In this document: one piece after another, positions 10,730-19,366 of the stretch
Layout: every line of letters begins with the position of its first letter
Numbering within the stretch: the first letter of the stretch is position 1
Made by a program: the position numbers and the translations under genes
From: Candidatus Krumholzibacteriota bacterium
Lineage (GTDB): Bacteria; Krumholzibacteriota; Krumholzibacteriia; Krumholzibacteriales; WJIX01
Assembly (NCBI GenBank): GCA_034520215.1
Contig: JAXHNR010000002.1
Coordinates: 6,859-70,858 of the forward strand
Direction of reading: 5' to 3'
DNA length: 64,000 nt
Notes under the pieces: model-generated
Database searches by the model: none
What the model was told of the DNA's origin: nothing
Seen by the model: the letters and a program-made list of their open reading frames with translations, nothing else

Positions 10730-11760
10730 CTATACATTCCCCTGAATCTTTACTGCCGTCCCTGTTTTCAACTCTTGCTGTCCCTCGACAACAAGTTGAT
10801 CGCCTGACAGCGAGACTCCTGGAACGAATCTCCAGCCAGCCATCCGGCCTCCGATGCCGGTGACCAGAGCCACTTTCTCTTCTGCTTTCCCATTCTTCGA
10901 CGATGAAACAGGCCTTGTTTTGAGGGCGCTCAATAATCGCATGGTACGGGAATCGCAATGATGCCTTGCGAGCGTTCGGGTGACAAACGTCGCCTGGACA
11001 AACATGCCAGCTTTTAAGTTGGGACAAGGTTTTTTGAGCTGAATTTCCACCATGCCATTGCGTGTCTGACTGTCTACCTGCGGATAGATGCGTTGTACAA
11101 TCCCTTTGAAAAACTTTTCGGGGCAGGCATCAGCGTGAATCTCAGCCGACTGTCCGATCTCAAGTTTACGGATATCCAGTTCCGAAACATGGACATCCAC
11201 CCGTAATTTTGCGCTACTCTGAATTTCGAACAGTTTGGTTTTAGCTGGCACCATGTCGCCGAGATCAACCCAGCGCCGGGAAACCACGCCATCGATCGGC
11301 GATGTCACTGGATTTTCTTTATATTGCTGCAGGGCAAACTGGTAATCCTGCTGCGCCCGCTTCAATTCTTGTTGGAGTTTCAGATTATTGGGATCTTTTG
11401 CCAGCTCATCTTTTTTTGCCTGCACGAGCAACCGCGCCGAATTGATTATGTCTTCCCTCAACAGCGAGCTGAGCATGGCGACTACTTGATTGGCTTGCAC
11501 CCGATCCCCTTCGTGTACCAGCAATCTGGAAATCTTTCCTTCGCCTGTGGCCAGGATATTGGCAACATTCTCCGCCCGCAGCGTTCCGGGCAATTGTAGT
11601 TTTTCCATCGAGTTTTCCGGTTTTGAACCGGCTGCACCTTGACCAGTTTGGCATACGGATTTTTTGACTTCCGCGGACTTCTCCTGGTTTCGAGCCGCAG
11701 CCGCTGGATCAGCCAGAGCGATACAAGCGACAGCCATTACGATTGAAATATTCGTTTCAT
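10730..11760 (-). pseudogene. RND periplasmic adaptor (HlyD/MFP family), frameshifted
   Basis: Signal-peptide start MKRIFQS hits a stop and continues as MAVACIALA in another frame. The C-terminal beta-barrel part alternates between frames (ASLRFPYHAIIERPQNKACFIVE in the 10656-11027 frame versus GKAEEKVALVTGIGG in the main frame). Confidence 0.75.
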
Positions 11761-11881
11761 CTCGACCTCATTCCTCATCTACTAGATTTAATTCTGTCAC
11801 CTGCAGTCCCACCATTTTGGCGCCGCTGTCCGTTGTCATTGACAGCGGTTGCCGGCTCGGTGATCAGGCATTGGCTCCCAG

Positions 11882-13174
11882 TCACAAAATTCCCATCACT
11901 GCCAGCAGCCGGGCGCGGGCAATATTATAATCCAGCGTTGCCTGATCCAAGGTTAGCTGACTGTTGAGCAACGTCTTCTGAATATCCAGCAAGTCCGTAT
12001 TGGAACGCCGACCGGCATGATATTCGATCATGGCCAGGCGATAACTCTGCCGCGCCTGCTCCACCGCCCGTTGATGAATGGCGATTTGCTGCTCTTTTTC
12101 TTTTAGCCGAGTGTAGCTGTTCTGCACCTGGGTTACCAGATTCTTGCGCACATATTCACGCTGCCATTGAATCTGCTCCAAACCTGCTTTTGCCTCATCG
12201 ATCTTTGCTCCGATGACGTTGCCGTCATAGATGGGCACTTCGATGTTCAGACCCCAGAAGTAGCGCTTGTTCTTATCCAGAGAAAAGGATTCAAATCCGA
12301 ATTCATAACCGTAATACGCCTGGGCAGAAACTTGCGGCAGTCGCGCCGCCTGCTGAATTTTTATTTTTGCTTCGCCTTTGCGCAGATCGAACTCCAGTTG
12401 TTTCCAGGTGGGATTATTTTCCAGCGCCGTCGGCACCAGGGTTTCCGGGCTCTGCTCGAATGGAATCACCTGCAAAGAGTCCTGCGGCAGTAAAATCTGG
12501 GGGCGTTTTCTGCCAAGCATCAGGCATAGCTCATATGACACGGCCTGATAATCGTTCTGAATTTCAAGCAAATTACCATCCGTGGTAGCAATGGCAACGC
12601 TAATACGGTCCAGCTCCAGTTGCGACATGTGACCGGCTTCCACTAACAGCCGGGCGTAGCGCTGCTGTGTCTCCAATTGCTTTCGATTCTCCAGCAGGAT
12701 CTGTTCTTGATTTTTCAGCGTCTGCAACTGGAAATAATCAAAGGTGACCGCCAGCTTTAAATTCAATTGTTCGGAAACAAAGGACTGTTCCAGCGATTGA
12801 ACTTCCGCTTCCGCCGCCTGTTTGGTATGTTTTAATTTTCCCCCGGTAAATATGGGTTGACTGATAGAAATAGTTGGGAAAAGATCATGTTGAATATTTC
12901 CCAGCACCTGTTTCCTGAACCCGGGCACAATATCCAGATAACCGTATGAAAAATTCCCTTCGATTTTCGGCAGCAGCTCTCCTTCGGCCTGCTGAAGCCT
13001 TGCCTGACCGGCTTTGGTGCGCGACGCAGCTTTTTTCAACAGCTCGTTGTTGGCGAGAGCCTCCTGCATCGCATCATGTAACGAAATGGCGCTAGTGTCT
13101 GAAACCGTTTGCTGGGCATGAAGCACTAGGGGAATGAATAACGAGTAAAGCACGATAATAATTTTTCGTTTCAT
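11882..13174 (-). CDS. TolC-family outer membrane efflux protein (OMF)
   Basis: Signal peptide, then two tandem OEP-type coiled-coil/beta repeats. Gene order OMF-MFP-RND as in czcCBA/cusCBA-type operons. The frame is intact. Confidence 0.85.
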   Translation of the reverse strand: MKRKIIIVLYSLFIPLVLHAQQTVSDTSAISLHDAMQEALANNELLKKAASRTKAGQARLQQAEGELLPKIEGNFSYGYLDIVPGFRKQVLGNIQHDLFPTISISQPIFTGGKLKHTKQAAEAEVQSLEQSFVSEQLNLKLAVTFDYFQLQTLKNQEQILLENRKQLETQQRYARLLVEAGHMSQLELDRISVAIATTDGNLLEIQNDYQAVSYELCLMLGRKRPQILLPQDSLQVIPFEQSPETLVPTALENNPTWKQLEFDLRKGEAKIKIQQAARLPQVSAQAYYGYEFGFESFSLDKNKRYFWGLNIEVPIYDGNVIGAKIDEAKAGLEQIQWQREYVRKNLVTQVQNSYTRLKEKEQQIAIHQRAVEQARQSYRLAMIEYHAGRRSNTDLLDIQKTLLNSQLTLDQATLDYNIARARLLAVMGIL

Positions 13175-13200
13175 ATTAACTCCAATGATTTTATTCTCAA

Positions 13201-13974
13201 TTATAATGCAATCCCATACGCCCGATTAATGGCTGGAAGGAGATTTTTCAGTATTTTTTCTGCTGACGCTTTATTATCGTTGCCCACACTCAATGCCAGA
13301 TCATCCAGTTGTGCGGATAGCGTTTTCAGGGCAGTCTGATAATTCTTGCAGCGTGCTTCATTATCAGGCGCGGGGCAGGGCGCCAAGAAAACATTGTCCC
13401 GAAGCTTCAGCAGATCGCCCAGCATCGGCTTAATGGAAGCCAATCCTGATTTTTGCTCTTCACTGATCATCTTTTTCGCCAGCTTGCGCAAGTGAAACAG
13501 CCGGTCCGCCGCATAGACCAGGTTATTTTCTTCATGCATTTTTACAAACAAGGCGCAGGTTGCGCCACAAGTTTTTAGTGCATCTCTAAACATTCCGTTA
13601 GCCAAATGCTTTTCCATATCGATCATGCCTTGATGAATTGCATCCAGACGGGCACTGAATTTCTTGTCCTGCTTGTATTGGGCCGGCGGCTGGCTCTGGA
13701 ATTTTTGCTGGACGTTTTCCCATAACGCCGTGGACTGTCGGATATGTTCCAGTCCTTTCGCTTGCTTTTGAGAATCTTCCTGTTTGATTAATTCCTGCAC
13801 AATGGCGCAGTACTTCCTCATTTTCTGTCGGCTTTGAAGCACCATGGTATCGAAATTCTTAAGTTCTGCAGAAAAAACTGGTTCTTGTATCGGAAAAACC
13901 GAATCGGCGATACCCACTAAAATGCCAAAGGCAAGCAAGAAAACAGAATAATTAAAAAAATTTGATTTTCGCAT
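13201..13974 (-). CDS. Hypothetical exported helical protein with CxxxC and CPx8C motifs
   Basis: GGAGG RBS before MRKSNFFNYSVFLLAFGILVG (signal/anchor). I recognise no family. Cys motifs CGATC and CPAPDNEARC. Tightly packed between the DsbD_2 gene and the tolC-like gene. Confidence 0.6.
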   Translation of the reverse strand: MRKSNFFNYSVFLLAFGILVGIADSVFPIQEPVFSAELKNFDTMVLQSRQKMRKYCAIVQELIKQEDSQKQAKGLEHIRQSTALWENVQQKFQSQPPAQYKQDKKFSARLDAIHQGMIDMEKHLANGMFRDALKTCGATCALFVKMHEENNLVYAADRLFHLRKLAKKMISEEQKSGLASIKPMLGDLLKLRDNVFLAPCPAPDNEARCKNYQTALKTLSAQLDDLALSVGNDNKASAEKILKNLLPAINRAYGIAL

Positions 13975-14008
13975 GACTGTTTCCTCCAATTTCAATTTAA
14001 TGTTCATG

Positions 14009-14713
14009 TCAATATACGCCCCAGATCAGATATACACCTCCCAGAATCACCAGAATCCCGCAGATCTTTTTCAGGATCACAGCGCCTTTGGACCGTTCGT
14101 TCCAGTGCAGGTATTTCTGTACCATGCTGGTGAAGGTCCCGGCCAGTACAATAATCGAACAGTGCCCGATGGCATACACAAGGATCAAAGATCCGGCAAC
14201 TACGGGTTGTGATGAGGCTGTATTGAATACAATCCCCAGCATGGGCGCCATATAGGCGAATGTGCACGGGCCAAGGGCTACGCCAAAAAGCAGGCCAATG
14301 ATAAACGCGGCCAAAGCGCCCTTTTTCTTCATTTTGGGCTGATTGTGAACGCCCAGAAAAGGCAGATTGATGATTTCAAGAAGATGCAGGCCGATTACAA
14401 AGAAAATCACGGCGACCGCGTAATTGCCGATCTTTCCCACATCGCCCATAATGCGCCCCATCAGCCCCGTGATCAGCCCGATGACCGCGATGGTAATCAG
14501 TATACCGGCAGAGAAAAGTGCGGCCAGGATGAACGCGCGCTTCTTTGCGACAATGCCCTGGCCGTCGATGAATCCCACGATCAGCGGGATAGACGATAAA
14601 TGACACGGGCTGAGCAGTATGCTCAAAATACCCCATAAAAAGGATGCGGTCAGGGCAAGCCATGCCGCGCCGCTCAGGCTTTGGGTCAACCAGACGAACA
14701 AATCTTGTATCAT
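14009..14713 (-). CDS. DsbD_2/CcdA-like thiol:disulfide membrane protein (family that includes ArsG-type transporters)
   Basis: Six TM segments with the paired motifs LLSPCHLSSIPL and LGPCTFAYMAP. 4-nt overlap with the upstream thioredoxin-like gene. Confidence 0.75.
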   Translation of the reverse strand: MIQDLFVWLTQSLSGAAWLALTASFLWGILSILLSPCHLSSIPLIVGFIDGQGIVAKKRAFILAALFSAGILITIAVIGLITGLMGRIMGDVGKIGNYAVAVIFFVIGLHLLEIINLPFLGVHNQPKMKKKGALAAFIIGLLFGVALGPCTFAYMAPMLGIVFNTASSQPVVAGSLILVYAIGHCSIIVLAGTFTSMVQKYLHWNERSKGAVILKKICGILVILGGVYLIWGVY

Positions 14714-15159
14714 TTCACACCCTTCTTTTTCAATACCTCGACCAGCTCTTCCTTGGGGAAAAATCCTTCATGCCGAAAATATTCATTGCCGTCTTTATCC
14801 AGAAAAATCTGGGTGGGAATGGCACGTATTCGGTATTTTCGGGCATAGGGCTTTCCCTCTTCAGTCCAGACATCGTGAAACACAACTTTGACCTGCCTGG
14901 CGTACTCTTTTTCAATTTCATCCATAATTGGCTGCATCATCCTGCACGGGATGCATTTCACTGATCCCAGTTCAATAAAAGTGACCAGCAGTGAATCCGA
15001 TTTACTGCTCTTTTGCAAATGTGAGGAAGTATCTGAAACGGTTGTCTGTTTTTTTGTTTTTGCGGCGGATGTCTCTTCGTTTTTCTGATCAGAGCAGTTG
15101 ACTTGCATCAACAGTATAACAAAAAAAAGAGGATAGACGATTTGACATTTTTTCATCAT
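14710..15159 (-). CDS. Thioredoxin-fold lipoprotein (TlpA/ResA-like, CIPC active site)
   Basis: Lipobox-like LLMQVNCS. GSVKCIPCRMMQPIMDEI thioredoxin motif and cis-Pro region AIPTQIFL. Confidence 0.8.
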   Translation of the reverse strand: MMKKCQIVYPLFFVILLMQVNCSDQKNEETSAAKTKKQTTVSDTSSHLQKSSKSDSLLVTFIELGSVKCIPCRMMQPIMDEIEKEYARQVKVVFHDVWTEEGKPYARKYRIRAIPTQIFLDKDGNEYFRHEGFFPKEELVEVLKKKGVK

Positions 15160-15187
15160 ATTATTTCTCCTTGTAATTGATTGATCT

Positions 15188-15334
15188 TCAAACCACCAGC
15201 TTTGTCAGTGGTTCTCGATCGGAAACTTGCCAGTGTGAACAGCACGTTTTCAAACGTAAATGACGGACTTCGAATGCCGGAACTTCCTTGCCGCAAGCGT
15301 TGCGTTTAACCGTTTTCTTACCTGATAAGCCCAT
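15188..15334 (-). CDS. Possible 48-aa Cys-containing small ORF (KTCCSHW), translationally coupled
   Basis: The ATG lies 3 nt after the stop of the 15337-15585 gene. MGLSGKKTVKRNACGKEVPAFEVRHLRLKTCCSHWQVSDREPLTKLVV. No family recognised, so coding status is uncertain. Confidence 0.3.
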   Translation of the reverse strand: MGLSGKKTVKRNACGKEVPAFEVRHLRLKTCCSHWQVSDREPLTKLVV

Positions 15335-15336
15335 GG

Positions 15337-15585
15337 CTATTCCAGCATTTTCTTAATTTCTTCCACATTCGGTATTTTTCCCGCCACTTTCACCTCGCCG
15401 TCCACGGCCAGGCCCGGCGTCATCATCACGCCGAAGTTCATAATGTCGTTGATGTCCGTCACTTTTTCGATTTCATATTCGATGCCCAGCTCTTTCGACG
15501 CCTGTTCGGTCAGCTCGGTGAGCTTCTTGCACTTGGGGCATCCTGTGCCAAGAATTTGTAATTTTTTCATTTCCTTACCTCTCAT
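15337..15585 (-). CDS. MTH895/TM0996-type small thioredoxin (redox-active disulfide protein 2-like)
   Basis: MKKLQILGTGCPKCKKL...MMTPGLAVDGEVKVAGKIP. Paralog of 18626-18859. Confidence 0.85.
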   Translation of the reverse strand: MRGKEMKKLQILGTGCPKCKKLTELTEQASKELGIEYEIEKVTDINDIMNFGVMMTPGLAVDGEVKVAGKIPNVEEIKKMLE

Positions 15586-15595
15586 TTTAATACAG

Positions 15596-15754
15596 TCAAT
15601 GGCCGGAATATTGATAGCCGGACCGGAGAAAGGCGATTAGATGCCCCGGTCCGGCACCCCGCATTTGGATGCTGGAGAACCGGGGCAAAATGGTGAAGGA
15701 ACAGACCGCGACGATCGACCCGGATACAGAAGCAACCAGATAGGCCAGCCATTT
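15596..15754 (-). pseudogene. About 50-codon internal remnant of an ArsP-like (COG0701) permease
   Basis: KWLAYLVASVSGSIVAVCSFTILPRFSSIQMRGAGPGHLIAFLRSG aligns by eye with KVLSYGVASVSGTILAVCSCTVLPLFAGIYRMGAGLGPATAFLYSG of the intact permease at 17117-18418. Confidence 0.6.
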
Positions 15755-15783
15755 GCATAATAGTGAAATTTAATCAACGCGCA

Positions 15784-16134
15784 TCAGCCTTTACCTTTAC
15801 AAAGATCATTACGACTGACTTTACTTGCTTTCACAAGATCATTATGGATTATACTGTCATCATTCACCCATTCCCTAAGTAACCCAAGTATTTCTTTTGC
15901 ATATTCCTTTTGTGTCTTCTGGTTGATATAATAGTTAATCCATTTATGTTCTCTTTGCTCAAATATTAAATTTGCTTCTTTAAGTATTGATAAGTGCTTT
16001 GAAGTCGTTGATATTGCCAATCCCAGCACCTCTGTTATTTCGCATACGCATAAAGGTTTGACCTGAAGTATCTTCAGTATTCTTACACGGTTCTTATCCG
16101 ATAAAGCTTTAAAAACTGGTATGAGCGTGTTCAT
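15784..16134 (-). CDS. arsR: ArsR/SmtB family metalloregulator (CVC motif)
   Basis: LSDKNRVRILKIL...PLCVCEITEVLGLAISTTSKHLSILKEANL. Noticeably AT-richer than its neighbours. Confidence 0.9.
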   Translation of the reverse strand: MNTLIPVFKALSDKNRVRILKILQVKPLCVCEITEVLGLAISTTSKHLSILKEANLIFEQREHKWINYYINQKTQKEYAKEILGLLREWVNDDSIIHNDLVKASKVSRNDLCKGKG

Positions 16135-16149
16135 TATATCACCTTTTTC

Positions 16150-16169
16150 ATTTCGTCCAGTAACGAAAT
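16150..16169. promoter_or_regulatory. Candidate ArsR operator: perfect inverted repeat ATTTCGT-N6-ACGAAAT
   Basis: Located 16-35 bp upstream of the arsR start at 16134. The same TTCGT-N6-ACGAA core recurs upstream of the homologous arsR at 25276. Confidence 0.45.
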
Positions 16170-16300
16170 ATAAAATGCAACCATTTAACTGTCAACCTTT
16201 TTCTTGTGTGGTGGAGTTTCCCCAATTTTTTAAGTGTCAAAGAGTGGCAGCTGGGCTTTGCTGCGGTAGGAACGGCCCTTCAAATCCCTCCAGAAGGCTT

Positions 16301-16540
16301 TTATTCCATCGGCAAGGGCAGCATACCTAAGTCAATGATACCGAAAAATCTCTTCGCCTCTTTCAGCGCATAATGAGCAACAGCTTTCAGCCTGATACTG
16401 TCTCCAAGATGTATCGCGGCAAAGTACATCGCACATAGCGCCATCACCATCATGTTCTGAAGACCCCTGTATCTCAGAAGCCGGATGTTCTCTATGTCAT
16501 AGCTCTGTTTTATGCACCTTATCATCTTCTCCGCATCCTA
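16301..16540 (-). mobile_element. C-terminal remnant of an IS4-superfamily-like DDE transposase
   Basis: AEKMIRCIKQSYDIENIRLLRYRGLQNMM...AKRFFGI parallels ETIRFIKQSYHLKDIRVLDYERLRNMA...AKRFFGV of the degenerate IS at 29.5-32.1 kb. It is preceded by an in-frame TAG and no N-terminal part is present. Confidence 0.55.
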
Positions 16541-16651
16541 CCTCTTGATAGATGAGGGGAACATATTAGGGGGGCGCCGGCCTTTATACCGCTATCTAAC
16601 AACAGGTTACAGCCATTTCAAGATATGGTGTATTTCAGGCAGAAAAATACC

Positions 16652-16680
16652 TTGACATCATCAAGCTTGTTGGCTATTTT
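16652..16680 (+). promoter_or_regulatory. Sigma70-like promoter candidate (TTGACA-17-TATTTT) overlapping palindrome CTTGACATCATCAAG
   Basis: Read directly from the sequence, about 30 bp upstream of the arsR2 start at 16712. Function not tested. Confidence 0.35.
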
Positions 16681-16711
16681 GCCAATTAACAAATTAGATA
16701 AGGTTATAACA

Positions 16712-17032
16712 ATGCTCATGGACAAAAAAACGAAACAGAAATACGAAGCTCGAGCACAGATCATCAAAGCCATGGCACATCCGACCAGGCTGTTCATCGT
16801 CGATGAACTGGATAAGGGTGAACGATGTGTCTGTGAGCTGCGTGACATGATCGGCGCTGATATCTCAACCGTCTCAAAACACCTTTCCGTATTGAAACAG
16901 GCAGGAATTGTCGAGGGTGAAAAACGCGGACTTCAGGTGTGGTACAGTCTCAAAATCCGATGCATTCTGAACTTTTTCGGATGCGTTGAGGATGTGTTGA
17001 AATCAAACGCGCAATCTGTTAAAACGTCGTAG
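16712..17032 (+). CDS. arsR: ArsR/SmtB family metalloregulator (CVC motif), second type
   Basis: MAHPTRLFIVDEL..GERCVCELRDMIGADISTVSKHLSVLKQAGI. The ATG at 16712 fits family length better than the ORF-track start at 16625. Confidence 0.9.
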   Translation: MLMDKKTKQKYEARAQIIKAMAHPTRLFIVDELDKGERCVCELRDMIGADISTVSKHLSVLKQAGIVEGEKRGLQVWYSLKIRCILNFFGCVEDVLKSNAQSVKTS

Positions 17033-17116
17033 CCAAGTAGTTTTTTTGCCCGGGAACCCGGCAATTTCGCCAAATAATTGGACGTTAGAAACCCATTATT
17101 ATGAGGAGTTTGAAAA

Positions 17117-18418
17117 TTGAAATTGAACTGGAAATCTGAATGGAAGCCGCTGGCCTGGATAGTCGCGGTCTTCCTTATTTTCTTTTATCTGCCTATCGAC
17201 AGTGTTCGCCTGCGCGGAGCAGTTATTGAAGCCCTGGCACTGACTAAATGGTACGCGCAGGAGCACGTTCTCCTCTGTCTTGTGCCGGCCTTTTTCATCG
17301 CCGGCGCGATAGCTGTTTTTGTCAGTCAGGCTTCGGTAATGAAGTATCTCGGGGCGAAGGCGCATAAGGTGCTGTCGTATGGCGTGGCATCGGTCTCGGG
17401 AACAATACTCGCCGTCTGTTCATGTACAGTTCTTCCGCTATTTGCGGGAATCTATCGTATGGGCGCCGGTCTGGGACCAGCCACCGCCTTTCTATATTCA
17501 GGCCCGGCAATCAATGTCCTGGCCATAGTCCTTACGGCGCGAGTTCTGGGACGCGGACTTGGCATTGCCAGAGCGGTCGGCGCTATAGTCTTTAGTATTG
17601 TCATCGGGCTTCTGATGCATCTGATCTTCCGCAAAGAGGAAACCGAAAAAGTAAATGCCCAGATGGCTGCGCCGGAGCCGGAAGAAAGCCGGCCCCTCTG
17701 GCAGAACGGTCTCTACTTCGCCGCCATGGTTGCGATCTTAGTGTTCGCCAATTGGGGAAAGCCCGATGAAGCTTCGGGGTTCTGGTCGATGATTTACTCA
17801 TACAAGTGGGTGATTACAAGCGTTGCGGCGGCCGGGCTTGGCGCTATGCTCATTTTCTGGTTCAAACTATCGAAAGTGAAGGTCATCCTTACGGGTGTAG
17901 CCGCTGCTTCGGTGGCGCTGCTTTTCCCGCATGAGCCGCTTCTCGCATTCTCGGTCGTGGTAATTGGACTTTCGCTGATAATCAGCAGGCGCGACGATGA
18001 ATCCGGGGAATGGTTCTCACAGACATGGGGATTTGCCAAACAGATTCTGCCGCTTCTGTTCGGGGGAGTACTTATCGCCGGGCTGTTACTGGGCCGTCCG
18101 GGCGAAGAAGGCCTGATACCATCGCAGTGGATAAGCAATCTGGTGGGCGGAAACTCAATCGCGTCAAATCTCTTCGCGTCGGTGGTGGGGGCGTTCATGT
18201 ACTTCGCCACTCTCACCGAAGTGCCGATTCTTCAGGGTCTGATAGGTAACGGCATGGGGAAAGGACCGGCTCTGGCGTTGCTGCTTGCCGGACCGGCTCT
18301 GTCTCTGCCCAATATGCTGGTCATCCGATCGGTGATGGGAACAAAGAAGACAATCGTTTTTGTGTCGCTGGTAGTCATTATTGCTACCATCAGCGGACTG
18401 ATTTACGGAGCGATATGA
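17117..18418 (+). CDS. ArsP-like permease (COG0701/DUF318 family; organoarsenical or arsenite efflux candidate)
   Basis: Multi-TM protein with VCSCTVLPLFAGIYRMGAGLGPATAFLYSGPAINV and a second repeat half. The arsR-permease-thioredoxin arrangement is typical of this family. Confidence 0.8.
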   Translation: MKLNWKSEWKPLAWIVAVFLIFFYLPIDSVRLRGAVIEALALTKWYAQEHVLLCLVPAFFIAGAIAVFVSQASVMKYLGAKAHKVLSYGVASVSGTILAVCSCTVLPLFAGIYRMGAGLGPATAFLYSGPAINVLAIVLTARVLGRGLGIARAVGAIVFSIVIGLLMHLIFRKEETEKVNAQMAAPEPEESRPLWQNGLYFAAMVAILVFANWGKPDEASGFWSMIYSYKWVITSVAAAGLGAMLIFWFKLSKVKVILTGVAAASVALLFPHEPLLAFSVVVIGLSLIISRRDDESGEWFSQTWGFAKQILPLLFGGVLIAGLLLGRPGEEGLIPSQWISNLVGGNSIASNLFASVVGAFMYFATLTEVPILQGLIGNGMGKGPALALLLAGPALSLPNMLVIRSVMGTKKTIVFVSLVVIIATISGLIYGAI

Positions 18419-18625
18419 CCGTGAGAACTGATCAGACTTCAATTGTTATGCTGGCCAGTTGCTTCGAGGGTGGCGGTGGGCGGTTGGGCCTTGATGAGTG
18501 TAGGCACGATCCTCTTTGGATTAGTTGTGGCCCTATCCAACTGAGCGCCAGCTTAATTTTATATGAGGGGCGGACAAAGTGGAAGACAGTCGATAACAGC
18601 AGAATAGACTCAGGAGGGTTGCTAT

Positions 18626-18859
18626 ATGAAGAAAATTGAGATTCTGGGGACCGGGTGCCCCAAATGCAAAAAGCTCGCTGAACAGGTGCAGATAGCCGCC
18701 AACGAGCTGAATCTGGACTGCCAGATCGGGAAGGTGGAGGACATTCAGAAAATTATGGGCTATGGGATAATGATGACGCCCGCACTGGTTGTCGATGGTA
18801 AAGTGAAAGTAACCGGCAAGGTGCCTTCAGTTGATGAACTGAAAAAGCTCATCGCTTAG
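18626..18859 (+). CDS. MTH895/TM0996-type small thioredoxin
   Basis: MKKIEILGTGCPKCKKLAEQ...MMTPALVVDGKVKVTGKVP. Confidence 0.85.
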   Translation: MKKIEILGTGCPKCKKLAEQVQIAANELNLDCQIGKVEDIQKIMGYGIMMTPALVVDGKVKVTGKVPSVDELKKLIA

Positions 18860-18888
18860 AAAACAGGTCATAGGCAGGAGATTTGATA

Positions 18889-19271
18889 ATGGAGATAGAA
18901 CAAAACGGGTGTTGCGGCGGTTCCTCGCGATTGGTGTTCGCCTGCTCCGGCGCGTCCGATGTCGGCGCCGCGGCCGATCAGGCCGCACGGCACTTTTCAC
19001 CAATGAACCAGCGTCCATGGGGTGCCTGACGGCCGTCGCCAACGGACTTGACTTCGCGATGGATTCCATAAAAATAGCGGAAAGGGTTCTCGTTATCGAC
19101 GGCTGTTCGGAAAACTGTGCCAGACTGGCTACAATGAAAGCCGGAGCATCATCCTTCGACCATATCCTGCTTTCAGACCTCGGCACGGGAAAGGGCAATA
19201 CCAAAGTCGACCGGGAGTATATTGCCCGTGCTTATGAACGGACGGAAATGATAGTAGCTGAAGGAAAATGA
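18889..19271 (+). pseudogene. DGC-domain (putative zinc-binding, ArsE-like) protein with one frameshift
   Basis: The N-terminus MEIEQNGCCGGSSRLVFACSGASDVGAAADQAARH is in frame 1 and stops at about 19029. The remainder (ASMGCLTAVANG...VLVIDGCSENCARL...) is in the frame of ORF 18909-19271. The switch lies in or near the T-run cacttttcacc (about 18990-19000). Confidence 0.65.
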
Positions 19272-19366
19272 AGGGGGTTGGCCAAGGTGTGGCAGCTTAT
19301 CAGAAACAAGAATGAGTTCCTCAACTACGTGCAGGATGAGATCAACGCATACCTGAAGGAGAATTA

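Noticed and set aside
7545-11760. Programmed ribosomal frameshifting as the explanation for the broken RND and MFP genes
   Set aside because: There are too many frame changes, in both directions, without slippery heptamers. Decay or consensus error is far more likely. Only the IS3 orfA/orfB junction (A8 at 30953-30960) fits programmed -1 frameshifting.
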